From contig OY970178.1 of the NCBI GenBank assembly GCA_963707915.1, positions 2,368,001 to 2,432,000 on the forward strand: DNA of 64,000 nucleotides, read 5' to 3'. The translations under genes and the position numbers were made by a program. Below are positions 19,528-32,320 of the stretch, piece by piece. Position 1 is the first letter of the stretch, and the number at the start of each line of letters is the position of its first letter. Origin of the DNA: Candidatus Eiseniibacteriota bacterium (GTDB lineage Bacteria; Eisenbacteria; RBG-16-71-46). The notes beneath the pieces are model-generated. The model searched no databases. It was not told the origin of the DNA and saw nothing but the letters and a program-made list of their open reading frames with translations.

Positions 19528-20526
19528 ATGCCGCCCAGCCGACTCGAACCACCCGCCGCACCGCCCGACGACTTCACCCGCATGGTGAACGCCTGGCGCG
19601 AGAGCCGCATCGTACTCTCGGCCCTCGAACTGGACCTCTTCAGCGCCGTCGGCGACGGCGCCACCCCGGCCGAGATCGCGCGCCGGCTCGGCGCCGACCG
19701 GCGCGGCGTCGACTGCCTGCTCCACGCGCTCGCCGCCCTCGACCTGATCGAGAAGCGGGATGGGTCCTTCCGCAACGGGCCGGTCGCCGCGCGCTTCCTG
19801 TGCGAGGGCGCGCCCGACGATCACCGCGGGGCGCTGCTCCACGGCGCCGCGCTGTGGCAGCGCTGGTCCGCGCTCACCGAGTGCGTGCGCACCGGGCGCC
19901 CGGCGCAGCGCGGCCCGCGGGACGGGGCGGACACCGCCAGCTTCATCGCCGCGATGCACGCCCATGCGACGCAGCGCGCCCCGGCACTGGTCGCGGCACT
20001 CGACCTTGCCGGCGTGCGCCGCGTGCTCGACGTGGGCGGCGGCTCGGGCGGCCACGCCATCGCGCTGGCGCGCGCGGTGCCCGCGATCCGCGTCGACGTG
20101 CTGGACCTGGCCGACGTGGTGCCGCTCACCGAGCGCTACGTCGCCGCGGCGGGCGTCGCGGACCGCGTCCGCACGCGCGTGGGCGACCTGAACGCGGACG
20201 ACTTCGGCACCGGCTACGACCTGGTCCTGATCTCGGCGATCTGCCACATGAACGGGCCGGACGAGAACGCGGACCTGCTCCGCCGGGCGGCCCGCGCGCT
20301 CGCCCCGGGGGGCCGGGTGGTGGTGCTGGACCACATCCTCGCGGCCGACCGCACGGCGCCGGTGGCGGGCGCGATCTTCGCGGTCAACATGCTGGTCAAC
20401 ACGCCGGCGGGCGGGAGCTACACCGAGGCCGAGTACTTCGCCTGGATGCGCGACGCGGGCCTGGCCGACGTCACGCACGTACCGATGCCCGGTCCGACGG
20501 GGCTGGTGGTGGGGACGCGCAGGTAA
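19528..20526 (+). CDS. O-methyltransferase family protein (dimerisation domain plus Methyltransf_2)
   Basis: ALELDLF, VLDVGGGSG, LISAICH, LAPGGRVVVLD. Confidence 0.9.
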   Translation: MPPSRLEPPAAPPDDFTRMVNAWRESRIVLSALELDLFSAVGDGATPAEIARRLGADRRGVDCLLHALAALDLIEKRDGSFRNGPVAARFLCEGAPDDHRGALLHGAALWQRWSALTECVRTGRPAQRGPRDGADTASFIAAMHAHATQRAPALVAALDLAGVRRVLDVGGGSGGHAIALARAVPAIRVDVLDLADVVPLTERYVAAAGVADRVRTRVGDLNADDFGTGYDLVLISAICHMNGPDENADLLRRAARALAPGGRVVVLDHILAADRTAPVAGAIFAVNMLVNTPAGGSYTEAEYFAWMRDAGLADVTHVPMPGPTGLVVGTRR

Positions 20527-20560
20527 CGGGACGGCGGAGCGAACGTGCCCGCGTTCCGAA

Positions 20561-20711
20561 GCGAGCGGGGCGCCGGGGCCGGAGGGCTGCGCGGGCACGC
20601 TCGCTCCGCCTTCCAGGCTCCGCTCGCTCTTCCTCGGCGGGCTTCGCCATCCTGGCTACGCCCGCTTCCGGGCGGCCTCGCGCAACCCTCCGGCCCCGGC
20701 GCCCCGCCCGC
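20561..20711. repeat. Nested palindromic intergenic element (REP-like or structured RNA)
   Basis: 33-nt arms at 20561-20593 and 20679-20711 (31/33 complementary) enclose the hairpin GCGGGC-TTC-GCCA-TCC-TGGC-TAC-GCCCGC (20637-20665). Confidence 0.75.
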
Positions 20712-20723
20712 CCCTCACGCGGC

Positions 20724-22613
20724 TTAGAGCATCTCCCTCAGCACCAGCTTGAGCTTCTTCGCCTTCCCGTCGCGCAGGATGGCGAACGTGCGGGTGGTGC
20801 CCTCGGGGCTCTCGTCGATGAGCGCGGCGACGCCTTCGAAGCCGAGCGCGGTGACCGACTTGCCGTCGATCGCGGTCACCGCGTCCCCGACCTGCAGCCC
20901 GGCCTTCGCCGCGGCGGAGCCGTCGAGCACGGCGGCGACCTTCACCGTGTCCGAGGACCGGACCAGCTGGAGCCCGGAGCGCGACATCGGGTCGCGGCGC
21001 GCGTAGAGCTTGCCCGGCTCGAGCCACATCTGCCGCCGCTCGTAGTCGAGCGTCACCTTGAAGCGCTCCAGCAGCCGGTTGCCGATGTTGCCGGCGTAGT
21101 CCTCGCTCGTGAACGCGCCCACCGTCGCCTGCGAGAGCGAGACCAGCGGGTCCGCCCACGAGTAGGGGCCGATCTCGAGCTTCTTCATGCGCACGATGCG
21201 GGTCGCGAACGTGCCCCCGAACCCGCCGCCGATCATCTCGACCCCGCGCCCGGCCTTCGCCAGGAGGTCGTGCCGCTTCACGAACGGCGTGTGCAGGTCC
21301 ACGGTGGAGCCGCTGCCCACGTCCACCCGGAAGTCGCCCGCGATCCCGTCGTCGAGCTTCATCGTGACGACCGGCGTGTGCCCGGCCAGCGTCATCGGGA
21401 TGGCCGTGCCCTGCCCCGCGTACGCGAAGGTCGCGGGGTCGTAGAGCGTGAGCCGCCGGGCGTCGAAGTCGATCTCGTCCACGAAGCGGCTGATGAAGTC
21501 GAAGCCGATCACGCCGGCGCAGTCCCGCCAGAAGTAGGGCGCGAGGATCGAGTTCACGCTCAGCACCGCGACGCGGGCGTCCTTCACCTCGATGCCGTCG
21601 CCGTCCGCCTCGACCGTGAGCGACGAGAGCGCGGCGAACGAGGCGCTGCCCGTCGCGCCCGCGCCCTGCCCCTGCTGCAGCCCCTCGGTGGCGAGCCCGA
21701 TCTTCGCCGCGTAGGCGCTGTCGATGACCGTGATGCTCGCGCCGGTGTCGAAGACGAAGTCCGCCGGCGGTCCGCCGTTCACCGAGGCCCGCAGCCAGAC
21801 GTGACGCGCCTGGTACTCGAAGGGCAGACGCGCCAGGCCCGGCGTCTTCAGGTAGCGCACCGAGCCCTGGTCCGACGGCGGCGCGAAGAGGCGGGCCGGG
21901 AACTCCTCGTTCACCCAGGCCGAATCGAGCGTCACCTGGATCGTGTTCATGGGCTGGCCGACCACCTCGGTGGTCGAGCGGAAGGACATCAGCCGCCCTC
22001 CCAGGGGGCGGTAATCGCCCATCCGGGTGACGGCGGTCTGCTGGTCGCTCTTCGCGACCGACTTCACCATCAGGCCGGTCTTCAGGTCGAAATAGGCGCG
22101 GCGCGGACGGCCCACCGGCGGCGCCAGCTCGAGCACCGCGTAGCGGCCCGCGGAGTCGGACTCCTCGCCCGCGTACGTCACCGAGCCGCCCGCCTGGTCC
22201 GGGAGCAGGAATGCCTCCGTGTCGAACCACGCTCCGCCCCGCGCGTCCTCGAGGTCCTTGCCGTCCAGCTTCAGGACCTTGCCGCCCGGGTCGGTGCGCC
22301 AGCCGGCCTGCCCGTCGCAGCCCATGCTCACCTTGATCGGGCCGATCTCGAAGCGGGTCAGCGACCGGTCCGGGCGCACCGTCCAGGTCTCGAGCACACC
22401 CTTCATCATGAAGGCCTCGATGGTCGAGCGCGTGTGCACGGAACGGGCGTCGAGCATCGCCTGCCCGCCCACGGCCTGCAGGTAGCGCTCGAGCACGGGC
22501 TTCGCCTCGGGCGCGACGGCGGCGCGCGAGACCGGGACCGCGAGGAGCAGGACGGCGAGGGCCGCGCACGAGGACACGAGGCCGCGGCGGCGCCGGAGCG
22601 TGAAGGGGATCAT
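20724..22613 (-). CDS. Exported retropepsin-like aspartyl protease (two domains) with C-terminal PDZ domain
   Basis: Signal peptide; FVFDTGAS...GVIGFDF and FRVDVGSG...GNIGNRLL; PDZ motif SAAAKAGLQVGDAVTAIDG; GGAGG RBS. Confidence 0.87.
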   Translation of the reverse strand: MIPFTLRRRRGLVSSCAALAVLLLAVPVSRAAVAPEAKPVLERYLQAVGGQAMLDARSVHTRSTIEAFMMKGVLETWTVRPDRSLTRFEIGPIKVSMGCDGQAGWRTDPGGKVLKLDGKDLEDARGGAWFDTEAFLLPDQAGGSVTYAGEESDSAGRYAVLELAPPVGRPRRAYFDLKTGLMVKSVAKSDQQTAVTRMGDYRPLGGRLMSFRSTTEVVGQPMNTIQVTLDSAWVNEEFPARLFAPPSDQGSVRYLKTPGLARLPFEYQARHVWLRASVNGGPPADFVFDTGASITVIDSAYAAKIGLATEGLQQGQGAGATGSASFAALSSLTVEADGDGIEVKDARVAVLSVNSILAPYFWRDCAGVIGFDFISRFVDEIDFDARRLTLYDPATFAYAGQGTAIPMTLAGHTPVVTMKLDDGIAGDFRVDVGSGSTVDLHTPFVKRHDLLAKAGRGVEMIGGGFGGTFATRIVRMKKLEIGPYSWADPLVSLSQATVGAFTSEDYAGNIGNRLLERFKVTLDYERRQMWLEPGKLYARRDPMSRSGLQLVRSSDTVKVAAVLDGSAAAKAGLQVGDAVTAIDGKSVTALGFEGVAALIDESPEGTTRTFAILRDGKAKKLKLVLREML

Positions 22614-22769
22614 GACGTCCTCCGATGGGGTTCGCGGGTCCACGCCTTCCCGACCGGCAAGGCCGCGCCGCGCGTCGGGCACACTAGCACCGCCCTCCGC
22701 GGGCCCGAAGCGCGGCGCGGCCCCGGAGGGCGTCCGGGGCCGTGTCGGTTCCCGGCGTGCGGCCGCCGG

Positions 22770-23123
22770 CTACGGCATCGGCGAGCGGGAGTTCGGCACG
22801 CACGTGTAGTAGCGGACCACCCTCGCCGGGTCCTGGTCGCGCAGGGTCTGGAAGGCGCCCACCAGGACTCTGGCGTTGCCGGCCAGCCACGCCGCCTTCT
22901 CGGAGAGCGCCGAGATCGGCATGTCGCACGGGCCCGGCGGGATGCACGGCCCGTTCGGCTCGACGATGTGAAAGGCCTCCGGGAGCTCGACGGGGATCGA
23001 GGGGGCGGCGCCATCCGTCTCCCGGATGATCTCGCCGAGCACGTCGGCCATCCGCCGGCACACGTTCTCGGAGATCCGGCACAGATGCCACAGCTCGTTC
23101 AGGGTCATCTCGCGGGTCACCAT
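22770..23123 (-). CDS. Hypothetical protein (117 aa)
   Basis: GGAGG RBS, coding-like composition, fills the gap between co-oriented genes; no family recognised. Confidence 0.6.
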   Translation of the reverse strand: MVTREMTLNELWHLCRISENVCRRMADVLGEIIRETDGAAPSIPVELPEAFHIVEPNGPCIPPGPCDMPISALSEKAAWLAGNARVLVGAFQTLRDQDPARVVRYYTCVPNSRSPMP

Positions 23124-23196
23124 GCTTCCCTCCGGTGAAGCCGTGCGACGGCCGCGGCGCGAGGGGTTCGCGCGGGTCGTCGGCACGAGGACGGTT

Positions 23197-25953
<2,757 letters not shown>

Positions 25954-26256
25954 GGGACCTCCCGCGGGACCGACGGGCCGGGTCAGGCGCGGACGGCGCT
26001 CCCGCCGCGAAACGCGCGACTCCGCGGCACGACCCCTCGGACCCATCCCCGGACGTGCGGCGGGTTCCCGCGCGGGGGGCGCGTGGCGCGGCCGGGGTGG
26101 CGTGGCGGGGAATCTACACCCGGCCCGGGGGCCGCGGAAGAGCCCGCCGGGCGCTCCGGCGGGCGCGCGGCGCGGGGTCGCGCTTGCGGGCACGCGGCCC
26201 CGGTCCCTATTCTCCCGCTGGTCGCACTTCCGCTCCCCACTTCAAGGAGGAACCGA

Positions 26257-26742
26257 ATGTTCAGGAGATGGATGGTGGTCGGAGCGCTCGTCCTGCTCCC
26301 CGTCGTCGCGGAGGCCGCCTCACCCACCGTGGCCGCCTTCGGCCCCCGGGTCGGCGTGAGCATCGATCCGGACCAGCTCGTCGTCGGCGGCCAGCTGTCG
26401 CTGCAGGAGTTCGCGCCCCACTGGTCGTTCGATCCGAACCTCGAGCTCGGCTTCGGCGACGACATGACGGTCATCGCGCTCAACCTCGACGCCTACTACC
26501 ACTTGCGCCTGTCGGGCTCCGATTGGCGGCCCTACCTGGGCGGCGGGCTGGGCGTGAACTTCCTCAGCTGGGACGCCCCGCTCGGCCTGCACGACCGGAG
26601 CGATACCGAGATCGGCCTCAACCTGGTGGCCGGCTTCGCCATCCCCGCGGGCTCCGGCGACCACTGGTTCACCGAGCTGCGCTTCGGCGTCGGTGACGTT
26701 CCGACCCTGAAGATCGTCGGGGGCTTCAACTTCGGCAAGTAG
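26257..26742 (+). CDS. Small outer-membrane beta-barrel protein
   Basis: AAGGAGG RBS, Sec signal, RPYLGGGLG, terminal GGFNF. Confidence 0.78.
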   Translation: MFRRWMVVGALVLLPVVAEAASPTVAAFGPRVGVSIDPDQLVVGGQLSLQEFAPHWSFDPNLELGFGDDMTVIALNLDAYYHLRLSGSDWRPYLGGGLGVNFLSWDAPLGLHDRSDTEIGLNLVAGFAIPAGSGDHWFTELRFGVGDVPTLKIVGGFNFGK

Positions 26743-26778
26743 GCCGGGGCGGGCGCCCGACCGCCCGCGGGAAGACGC

Positions 26779-26810
26779 CGGGCCGGCGCGGGACATCCCG
26801 CGCCGGCCCG
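26779..26810. terminator. Perfect inverted repeat between convergent genes (probable bidirectional terminator)
   Basis: CGGGCCGGCGCGGGA-CA-TCCCGCGCCGGCCCG with 15-nt arms; no U-tract. Confidence 0.6.
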
Positions 26811-26844
26811 ATCCGCACCGCCCTCGTCCTGCCCCCCGCGGCCG

Positions 26845-28761
26845 CTACGGCCCCACCGCCCGACCGCCGGCCAGCGCCGCCTCCATGCGCTCGAGGAACG
26901 GCGCCGGCGGGAGGTAGCCGATCACGCGCAGGCCGCGCAGCTCGCCCCCGCCGGCCGCGAAGAACAGGATCTCCGGCACGCCGGTCACGCCGTAGCGCGC
27001 CCGCAGCGCCTGCGAGCCGGGCGAGTCGTAGCGGGTCAGGTCCACCTTGAACACCGCGAAGTCGCGCGAGCGCGCGATGACCTGGCGGTCCTTGAAGGTC
27101 GAGTGCTCGAGCTCGCGACAGGGCATGCACCAGTCGGCCGAGAACTCCAGGATCACCGGCCGGCCCCCGGCGGACGCGGCCTGCAGCGCCGCCGGGTCGA
27201 AGGGCTGGAAGCGGATGCCCTCGGCGAGGATCGGCCTGACGGCCACGATCCCCGCCAGCAGCGCGAGCACCCCCAGCGCCCGCTTGAAGACCCGGAAGCC
27301 GCGCTTCGCCGAACCGTGCCGGTCCACGAAGCCGAGGTAGAGGCCGCCCAGGACCAGCGCGACCGGCAGGATCCACGCGGCGAAGCGCGGGGCCAGCCCG
27401 ATGAGCGCGTAGTACAGGCCGATCGCGGCGAGCAGGACGCCGAAGACCTTCTTCACCCACAGCATCCAGTCGCCGGAGCGGGGCAGGTCCTGGATGAGGT
27501 TCGAGAACAGCGCCAGGAACAGGTAGGGCAGCCCCAGGCCCAGCGACATCGCGAACATGGTCTGGAAGCCGAACAGCGCGTCGCCCCGCTGCGCCAGCAA
27601 CGCCAGCACCGCGACCACGAAGGGGCCGACGCAGGGCGCGGCGATGATCCCGACCGCCAGGCCGGAGAGGAAGATGCCGAGCAGCGAGGTCGCGTCGGCC
27701 CCACCCAGGCGCCGGAGCACCCAGGCCGGCGGCTGCATCTCGTAGAGGCCGAACATGGACAGCGAGAGCACGATGAAGAGCAGGCCGAGCCCGACGTTCA
27801 CCAGCGGGTTCTGCAGCGCCGAGCCGAACAGGCCGCCGGTCAGCGCCGCCACCACGCCGAGCACCGAGTAGGTGACGGCGATGCCCAGCACGTAGGCGAC
27901 CGCGTGGGCGAGCACCTTCACCGGCCGTTCGCGGCGGCGCGCGCCGAAGACCGAGACCGTGATGCCGAGCATCGGGAACACGCACGGCGTGAGGTTGAGC
28001 GCCAGGCCACCGAGGAAGAGCGCGAGGAACCACCACAGGCCGCCCTTCTCGAGCGCGCCCATCAGCCGGCGGCCGGCCTCCGACTGCGCGCCGGCGGCGG
28101 CCGCGTCGCCGGGCGCGGGCGTTCCCGCCCGCACCGTGCCGGGCGCGGCGCCGGCGGCGGCCCCACCCGTGTCGGTGACGGTCGACCCGGTCGCGGGCGG
28201 CCGGGCCGCGCCCGCGAGGGCGCCTCCGTCGACCCGGACCTCGAGCGTGAACGGCACGTTCGCGGGGGCGAGACAGACCTCGTCGTTGCACGACTGGAAC
28301 CGCACGCTGCCCGCCAGCCGGTGCGTGCCGTTCGCCGCGTCCGGCGCGGCCGCCACCGCCACCCTCAGCGTCACCCGGCCGCTGTACACCGAGAGCGGGT
28401 TCTCGTCGAAGGCGAGCTTCACGGGCGCGCCGGCCGGATAGGTCGTCCGGCCCGCCGTCACGCCCCCCGCGCCGCTCAGCGTCACCGTGGTCGGGATGAG
28501 GTAGTCGGGCGACGGCGGGTTGGCGTTGACGTGCCACCCCGCGGCGATGTCGAGCGTGACGACGGCCTCGGCCCGCGCGCCCGCGGTGAGCGCGAGCGGG
28601 GCCGCGGTCGCCTTCACCAGCGTCGCCGCCCGGGGCGGAGCGCCGCCGGCCCCCTCCTGTGCGGCGGTGCCCGCGACCAGCGCCGCAAGCAGCGCCAGCG
28701 CGAGCAGGGGCGCGATCGTCATCCGTCTCGTCCGGCGGCCCAGCGGTTCCATCGGCCTCAT
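26845..28761 (-). CDS. dsbD: DsbD family thiol:disulfide interchange protein
   Basis: N-domain GWHVN...QSCNDEVC; TM domain LTPCVFPM and APCVGP; thioredoxin domain ADWCMPC. Confidence 0.9.
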   Translation of the reverse strand: MRPMEPLGRRTRRMTIAPLLALALLAALVAGTAAQEGAGGAPPRAATLVKATAAPLALTAGARAEAVVTLDIAAGWHVNANPPSPDYLIPTTVTLSGAGGVTAGRTTYPAGAPVKLAFDENPLSVYSGRVTLRVAVAAAPDAANGTHRLAGSVRFQSCNDEVCLAPANVPFTLEVRVDGGALAGAARPPATGSTVTDTGGAAAGAAPGTVRAGTPAPGDAAAAGAQSEAGRRLMGALEKGGLWWFLALFLGGLALNLTPCVFPMLGITVSVFGARRRERPVKVLAHAVAYVLGIAVTYSVLGVVAALTGGLFGSALQNPLVNVGLGLLFIVLSLSMFGLYEMQPPAWVLRRLGGADATSLLGIFLSGLAVGIIAAPCVGPFVVAVLALLAQRGDALFGFQTMFAMSLGLGLPYLFLALFSNLIQDLPRSGDWMLWVKKVFGVLLAAIGLYYALIGLAPRFAAWILPVALVLGGLYLGFVDRHGSAKRGFRVFKRALGVLALLAGIVAVRPILAEGIRFQPFDPAALQAASAGGRPVILEFSADWCMPCRELEHSTFKDRQVIARSRDFAVFKVDLTRYDSPGSQALRARYGVTGVPEILFFAAGGGELRGLRVIGYLPPAPFLERMEAALAGGRAVGP

Positions 28762-28780
28762 CGTCCCTCCACCCTCGGGT

Positions 28781-30928
28781 CTACGCATCCTCGTCCAGCA
28801 GCGCGCCGAGCTCCCGCGCGTCCGTCACCGGCAAGCGGCAGGCGTGGTCCACGCACACGTAGGCCGCCGGCCGCCCCGCCTGCGGGGTGAGAGCCGCGGC
28901 GAACGGCGCGAGATCCGCGAGCCCGCGGCTGCGTTCCGCTCCGTCCGCCACCAGCAGCAGGTCCCGCGGCAGGAAGCGGCGTTCGAACTCGCGGACCAGC
29001 GCGCGCGTGCCGTCGGCTGCCGGGTCGCCGGCCACGACCACGTGCCGGAGCGGCCCGGCGGCCAGGTCCATGGCGACCAGCATCCGCGGCATGGCCCAGG
29101 CGTTGCCCGCCAGCCGCGCACGATAGTACCCGAACGCGCGCCCGGCCCGGTCGAGCCAGTCGCGGCGCCCGAGCAGGGCGCCCAGCGCCTGCACGGCGTG
29201 GACCGCGAGCGAGTTGCCCGCGATCTCGGCGCCGTCGAAGCCGTCCTTCATGCGCACGCGGATGGACGGGTCGCCCGGGGGGCTCTCGAAGAAGCCGCCC
29301 CGCGCGGTGTCCTCGAAACGCTCGATCATCGCCCCGGTCACCGCGGCCGCGCGCCCGAGCCACAGCGGGTCGTGCGTGGCCTGGTAGAGGTCCAGGCAGC
29401 CGTTCGCGTAGGCGGCGTGGTCCGCGAGCTGCCCCGCGCCGGCGGCCTCTCCGTCGCACCAGCGGCGCAGCAGCGTCCCGTCGCGCGCGTCGCGCAGGGC
29501 CGTCCAGACGAATTCCGCGGCGCGCGCCGCGCGCGCCGCGAGGGCGGGATCGTCGAGCACCCGCGCGCCGCGCGCGAAGGCCGAGATCATCAGCCCGTTC
29601 CACGCGGTCAGCAGCTTGCCGTCCCGGTGCGGCCGGACCCGGCGCCCGCGCGCCTCGAGCAGCCGCGCGCGCGCGCCGGCCAGCCGGCGCTCGACCTCGG
29701 CCCGCGGCGCGCCGAAGCGCTGCGCGGCCTCGTCGATCGTGTGCGCCAGGTGCAGCACGCTGCGGCCCCCCGCGAAGTTCCCCCGCGGCGTGACGCCGTG
29801 GACGAAGTCGAAGAGCGGCGCGTCGGCCGCGCCCAGCACGGCGGCGGTCTCCGCCGGGGTCCAGACGTAGAAGCGCCCCTCCTCGCCCTCGCTGTCGGCG
29901 TCTTCGGCCGTGGCGAACGCCCCTTCGGGCGAGGCCAGGTCGCGCGCCACGTAGTCGAGGATCCCGCGCGCGGTCACGGCGTACTCCGGCCGGCCGGTGG
30001 CCTGGTGCGCATCGAGGTGGATCCAGGCCAGCTGCGCCTGGTCGTAGAGCATCTTCTCGAAGTGCGGCACGAGCCAGCCGGCGTCGGTCGAGTAGCGGTG
30101 GAAACCGCCGCCCAGCTGGTCGTGGATGCCACCCGCGCCCATCCCGTCGAGCTGGCGCACGACCTGCGCGAGCGCGCTGCCGCGGGACCGGCGATCGCGC
30201 GACCAGTAGCGCAGCAGGAAGTCGAGGTTCGCGACCGAGGGGAACTTGGGCGCCGAGCCGTAGCCGCCCGCGGCCGGGTCGTGGACCTGTTCGAGGTGCT
30301 CGAAGGCCTCCGCGCTCAGCTCCGCGCTCCCGCCGCCCGCCCGCGCCGGCACCCGCGCGGCGAGCCCCGCGAGCAGGGCCAGCACGCGGCCGCCGCTCTC
30401 CTCGATGCCCGCGCGCTGCGCGGTCCAGTCCTCGTGGACGATCTCGAGCACGTCCCGGAAGCCGGGCCGGCCGAAGTGCTCCTCGGGCGGGAAGTAGGTC
30501 CCGCCGTCGAACGGCTCGAGCGCCGGGGTGAGGAACAGGTTGAGCGGCCAGCCGCCGCCGAGCCCCATGGCCTGCGCCGCAGTCAGGTAGAGCCGGTCCA
30601 CGTCGGGCCGCTCCTCGCGGTCCACCTTGATCGCGACGAAGTGCGCGTTCAGCAGCCCGGCGACCGCCTCGTCCTCGAAGGACTCGCGCTCCATGACGTG
30701 GCACCAGTGGCAGGTCGAATAGCCGATCGACAGGAAGATGGGCAGGCCCCCGGCCCGGGCCCGGGCGAACGCCTCCTCGCCCCACGGGAACCAGTCCACC
30801 GGGTTGTAGGCGTGCTGGAGCAGGTAGGGGCTCTTCTCGCGGATCAGCCGGTTGGGCCGGCGCGCGGGGCCCGCGGGGTCCGCGGGCGGGGTCGGGACGT
30901 GCCGGGGCGGCAGGTCGGGCTCGGTCAT
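28781..30928 (-). CDS. YyaL/SPATA20-like thioredoxin-domain protein
   Basis: [42 protein letters not shown]. Confidence 0.94.
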   Translation of the reverse strand: MTEPDLPPRHVPTPPADPAGPARRPNRLIREKSPYLLQHAYNPVDWFPWGEEAFARARAGGLPIFLSIGYSTCHWCHVMERESFEDEAVAGLLNAHFVAIKVDREERPDVDRLYLTAAQAMGLGGGWPLNLFLTPALEPFDGGTYFPPEEHFGRPGFRDVLEIVHEDWTAQRAGIEESGGRVLALLAGLAARVPARAGGGSAELSAEAFEHLEQVHDPAAGGYGSAPKFPSVANLDFLLRYWSRDRRSRGSALAQVVRQLDGMGAGGIHDQLGGGFHRYSTDAGWLVPHFEKMLYDQAQLAWIHLDAHQATGRPEYAVTARGILDYVARDLASPEGAFATAEDADSEGEEGRFYVWTPAETAAVLGAADAPLFDFVHGVTPRGNFAGGRSVLHLAHTIDEAAQRFGAPRAEVERRLAGARARLLEARGRRVRPHRDGKLLTAWNGLMISAFARGARVLDDPALAARAARAAEFVWTALRDARDGTLLRRWCDGEAAGAGQLADHAAYANGCLDLYQATHDPLWLGRAAAVTGAMIERFEDTARGGFFESPPGDPSIRVRMKDGFDGAEIAGNSLAVHAVQALGALLGRRDWLDRAGRAFGYYRARLAGNAWAMPRMLVAMDLAAGPLRHVVVAGDPAADGTRALVREFERRFLPRDLLLVADGAERSRGLADLAPFAAALTPQAGRPAAYVCVDHACRLPVTDARELGALLDEDA

Positions 30929-30999
30929 GACGCCCCGAGCCTATCAGACGCGGGCCCTCCGCCTGTCAGCGGCGTGTCAGCCCGTGCCCGGCGGCCGCG

Positions 31000-31557
31000 T
31001 CAGCGCCGCCCGGCCCGACACGCCTGCGGGTCGCCGCTCCAGTGGTAGACCGCGAGCCCCGCCCACCAGGCGAAGGGCAGCCCCGCCAGGACCAGGCCCG
31101 CGAACACGAACGGGTCCGAGAAGACGGCGAGGTCGAGCGCGAAGGAGGGCGCGGACAGCTGGTGCACGAGTGCCGCCACGGCCGGGCTCGCCAGGGCCTG
31201 GAACGCGGCGGCCGCGAAGCGCGCGAGCGCCGGGTACTGCCACAGCACGAGCGCGCCGAGCGCCAGCGAGAGCGCGGTGACCGGCTCGGCCGCCGCGCGC
31301 ACCCACCAGGGCAGCACCTCCGGCTCGAGCCCGGCGATGAGCCGCGCCGCGCGGGCGTGCGCCACCCGCTCCATCACGCGGTCCGCGAAGCCCCCGGGCG
31401 CGGCGACCGCGGACCGCGCGAGCGCCGCGTCGAGGGCACGCGCGGCCGCCAGCGCCGCGCCGCAACGCGCGCACGACGCCGCGTGCGCGGCGGCCTCGGC
31501 GTCCGCCGCCGCCCACGATCCCGCGTCCAGCCGGCGTTCGAAACCTGCGCAGTCCAT
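31000..31557 (-). CDS. Putative zinc-binding (ZAS) membrane anti-sigma factor
   Basis: MDC...HAASCARC (HxxxCxxC), APGGFADRVM, C-terminal TM helices; overlaps the sigma stop. Confidence 0.78.
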   Translation of the reverse strand: MDCAGFERRLDAGSWAAADAEAAAHAASCARCGAALAAARALDAALARSAVAAPGGFADRVMERVAHARAARLIAGLEPEVLPWWVRAAAEPVTALSLALGALVLWQYPALARFAAAAFQALASPAVAALVHQLSAPSFALDLAVFSDPFVFAGLVLAGLPFAWWAGLAVYHWSGDPQACRAGRR

Positions 31558-32144
31558 CACGGTCCTTCCTTCAGCCAGGCCGCCCGCAGCGTCGCGCGCG
31601 CGCGCGCCAGGTGCGTCTTCACCGTGTTCTCCGGCATCCCCAGGATCGCGGCCGCCTGCTCCACCGACCGGTCCTCGTAATAGTACAGCGTCACCGCCAT
31701 CCGCTGCGCCGCGGGCAGCCTCATCACCATCCGCTCGAGGCGCCGGCCCCGGGTCGCCGCCTCGAAGTCGCCCGGAGCCGCGGCCGGCGCGCCGGGCAGC
31801 GGGTCCGGCAGGTGGTCCGCCTCCTCCACCTCCACCTCGCGCCCGCGCCGCGCCTTCAGCCCGCTCAGCCGGTCGAGGGCCCGCCGCGCCACGATGCGAT
31901 GCAGCCAGGTCGCGAAGCTCGAATCGCCCCGGAAGCGCGCGAGCGCGAGCCACGCGCGCACGAACGCGTCCTGCGCCACTTCCTCCGCGTCCGCGGGCGA
32001 GCGCGTGATGCGCAGGGCGAGCCCGTAGGCCCGGTCCTGGTGCAGCACCACCAGATCGCGGAACGCGGCCTGATCGCCGCCCCGCGCGCGTTCGACCAGC
32101 GAGCGGATGAGCGCCTGCTGGGCGTCGGGCCGCACGGGGTCCAT
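31557..32144 (-). CDS. ECF RNA polymerase sigma-70 factor
   Basis: GDQAAFRDLV, DAEEVAQDAF, FRGDSSFATWLHRI, TVKTHLARAR. Confidence 0.94.
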   Translation of the reverse strand: MDPVRPDAQQALIRSLVERARGGDQAAFRDLVVLHQDRAYGLALRITRSPADAEEVAQDAFVRAWLALARFRGDSSFATWLHRIVARRALDRLSGLKARRGREVEVEEADHLPDPLPGAPAAAPGDFEAATRGRRLERMVMRLPAAQRMAVTLYYYEDRSVEQAAAILGMPENTVKTHLARARATLRAAWLKEGP

Positions 32145-32150
32145 CGCCCC

Positions 32151-32182
32151 CTTGGACCGGTCCTGCGGGTCGTCCGGTTTCA
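32151..32182 (-). promoter_or_regulatory. ECF-type promoter upstream of the sigma gene (probably autoregulatory)
   Basis: TGAAACC-N16-CGGTCCAAG ending 6 nt before ATG 32144; identical boxes on the opposite strand at 32214-32245. Confidence 0.78.
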
Positions 32183-32213
32183 AGTCCGTGGCGCTCTCCG
32201 GGGAGCGGTTTCC

Positions 32214-32245
32214 TGAAACCCGCCGGCCGGGAAGCCCGGTCCAAG
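32214..32245 (+). promoter_or_regulatory. ECF-type promoter upstream of the paired membrane proteins
   Basis: TGAAACC-N16-CGGTCCAAG, with the same boxes and spacing as the divergent copy. Confidence 0.78.
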
Positions 32246-32320
32246 CCGGTGGAGCAGGGAAACCGGGCCGGATCACCCCGGCCGCAGGACATCTTAGACC
32301 AGAACGGAGGTCGACAGGCC

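Noticed and set aside
19500..19530. TGCAACC-N16-CGACCATG as a third ECF promoter
   Set aside because: Poor -10 match, and it overlaps the predicted start codon.
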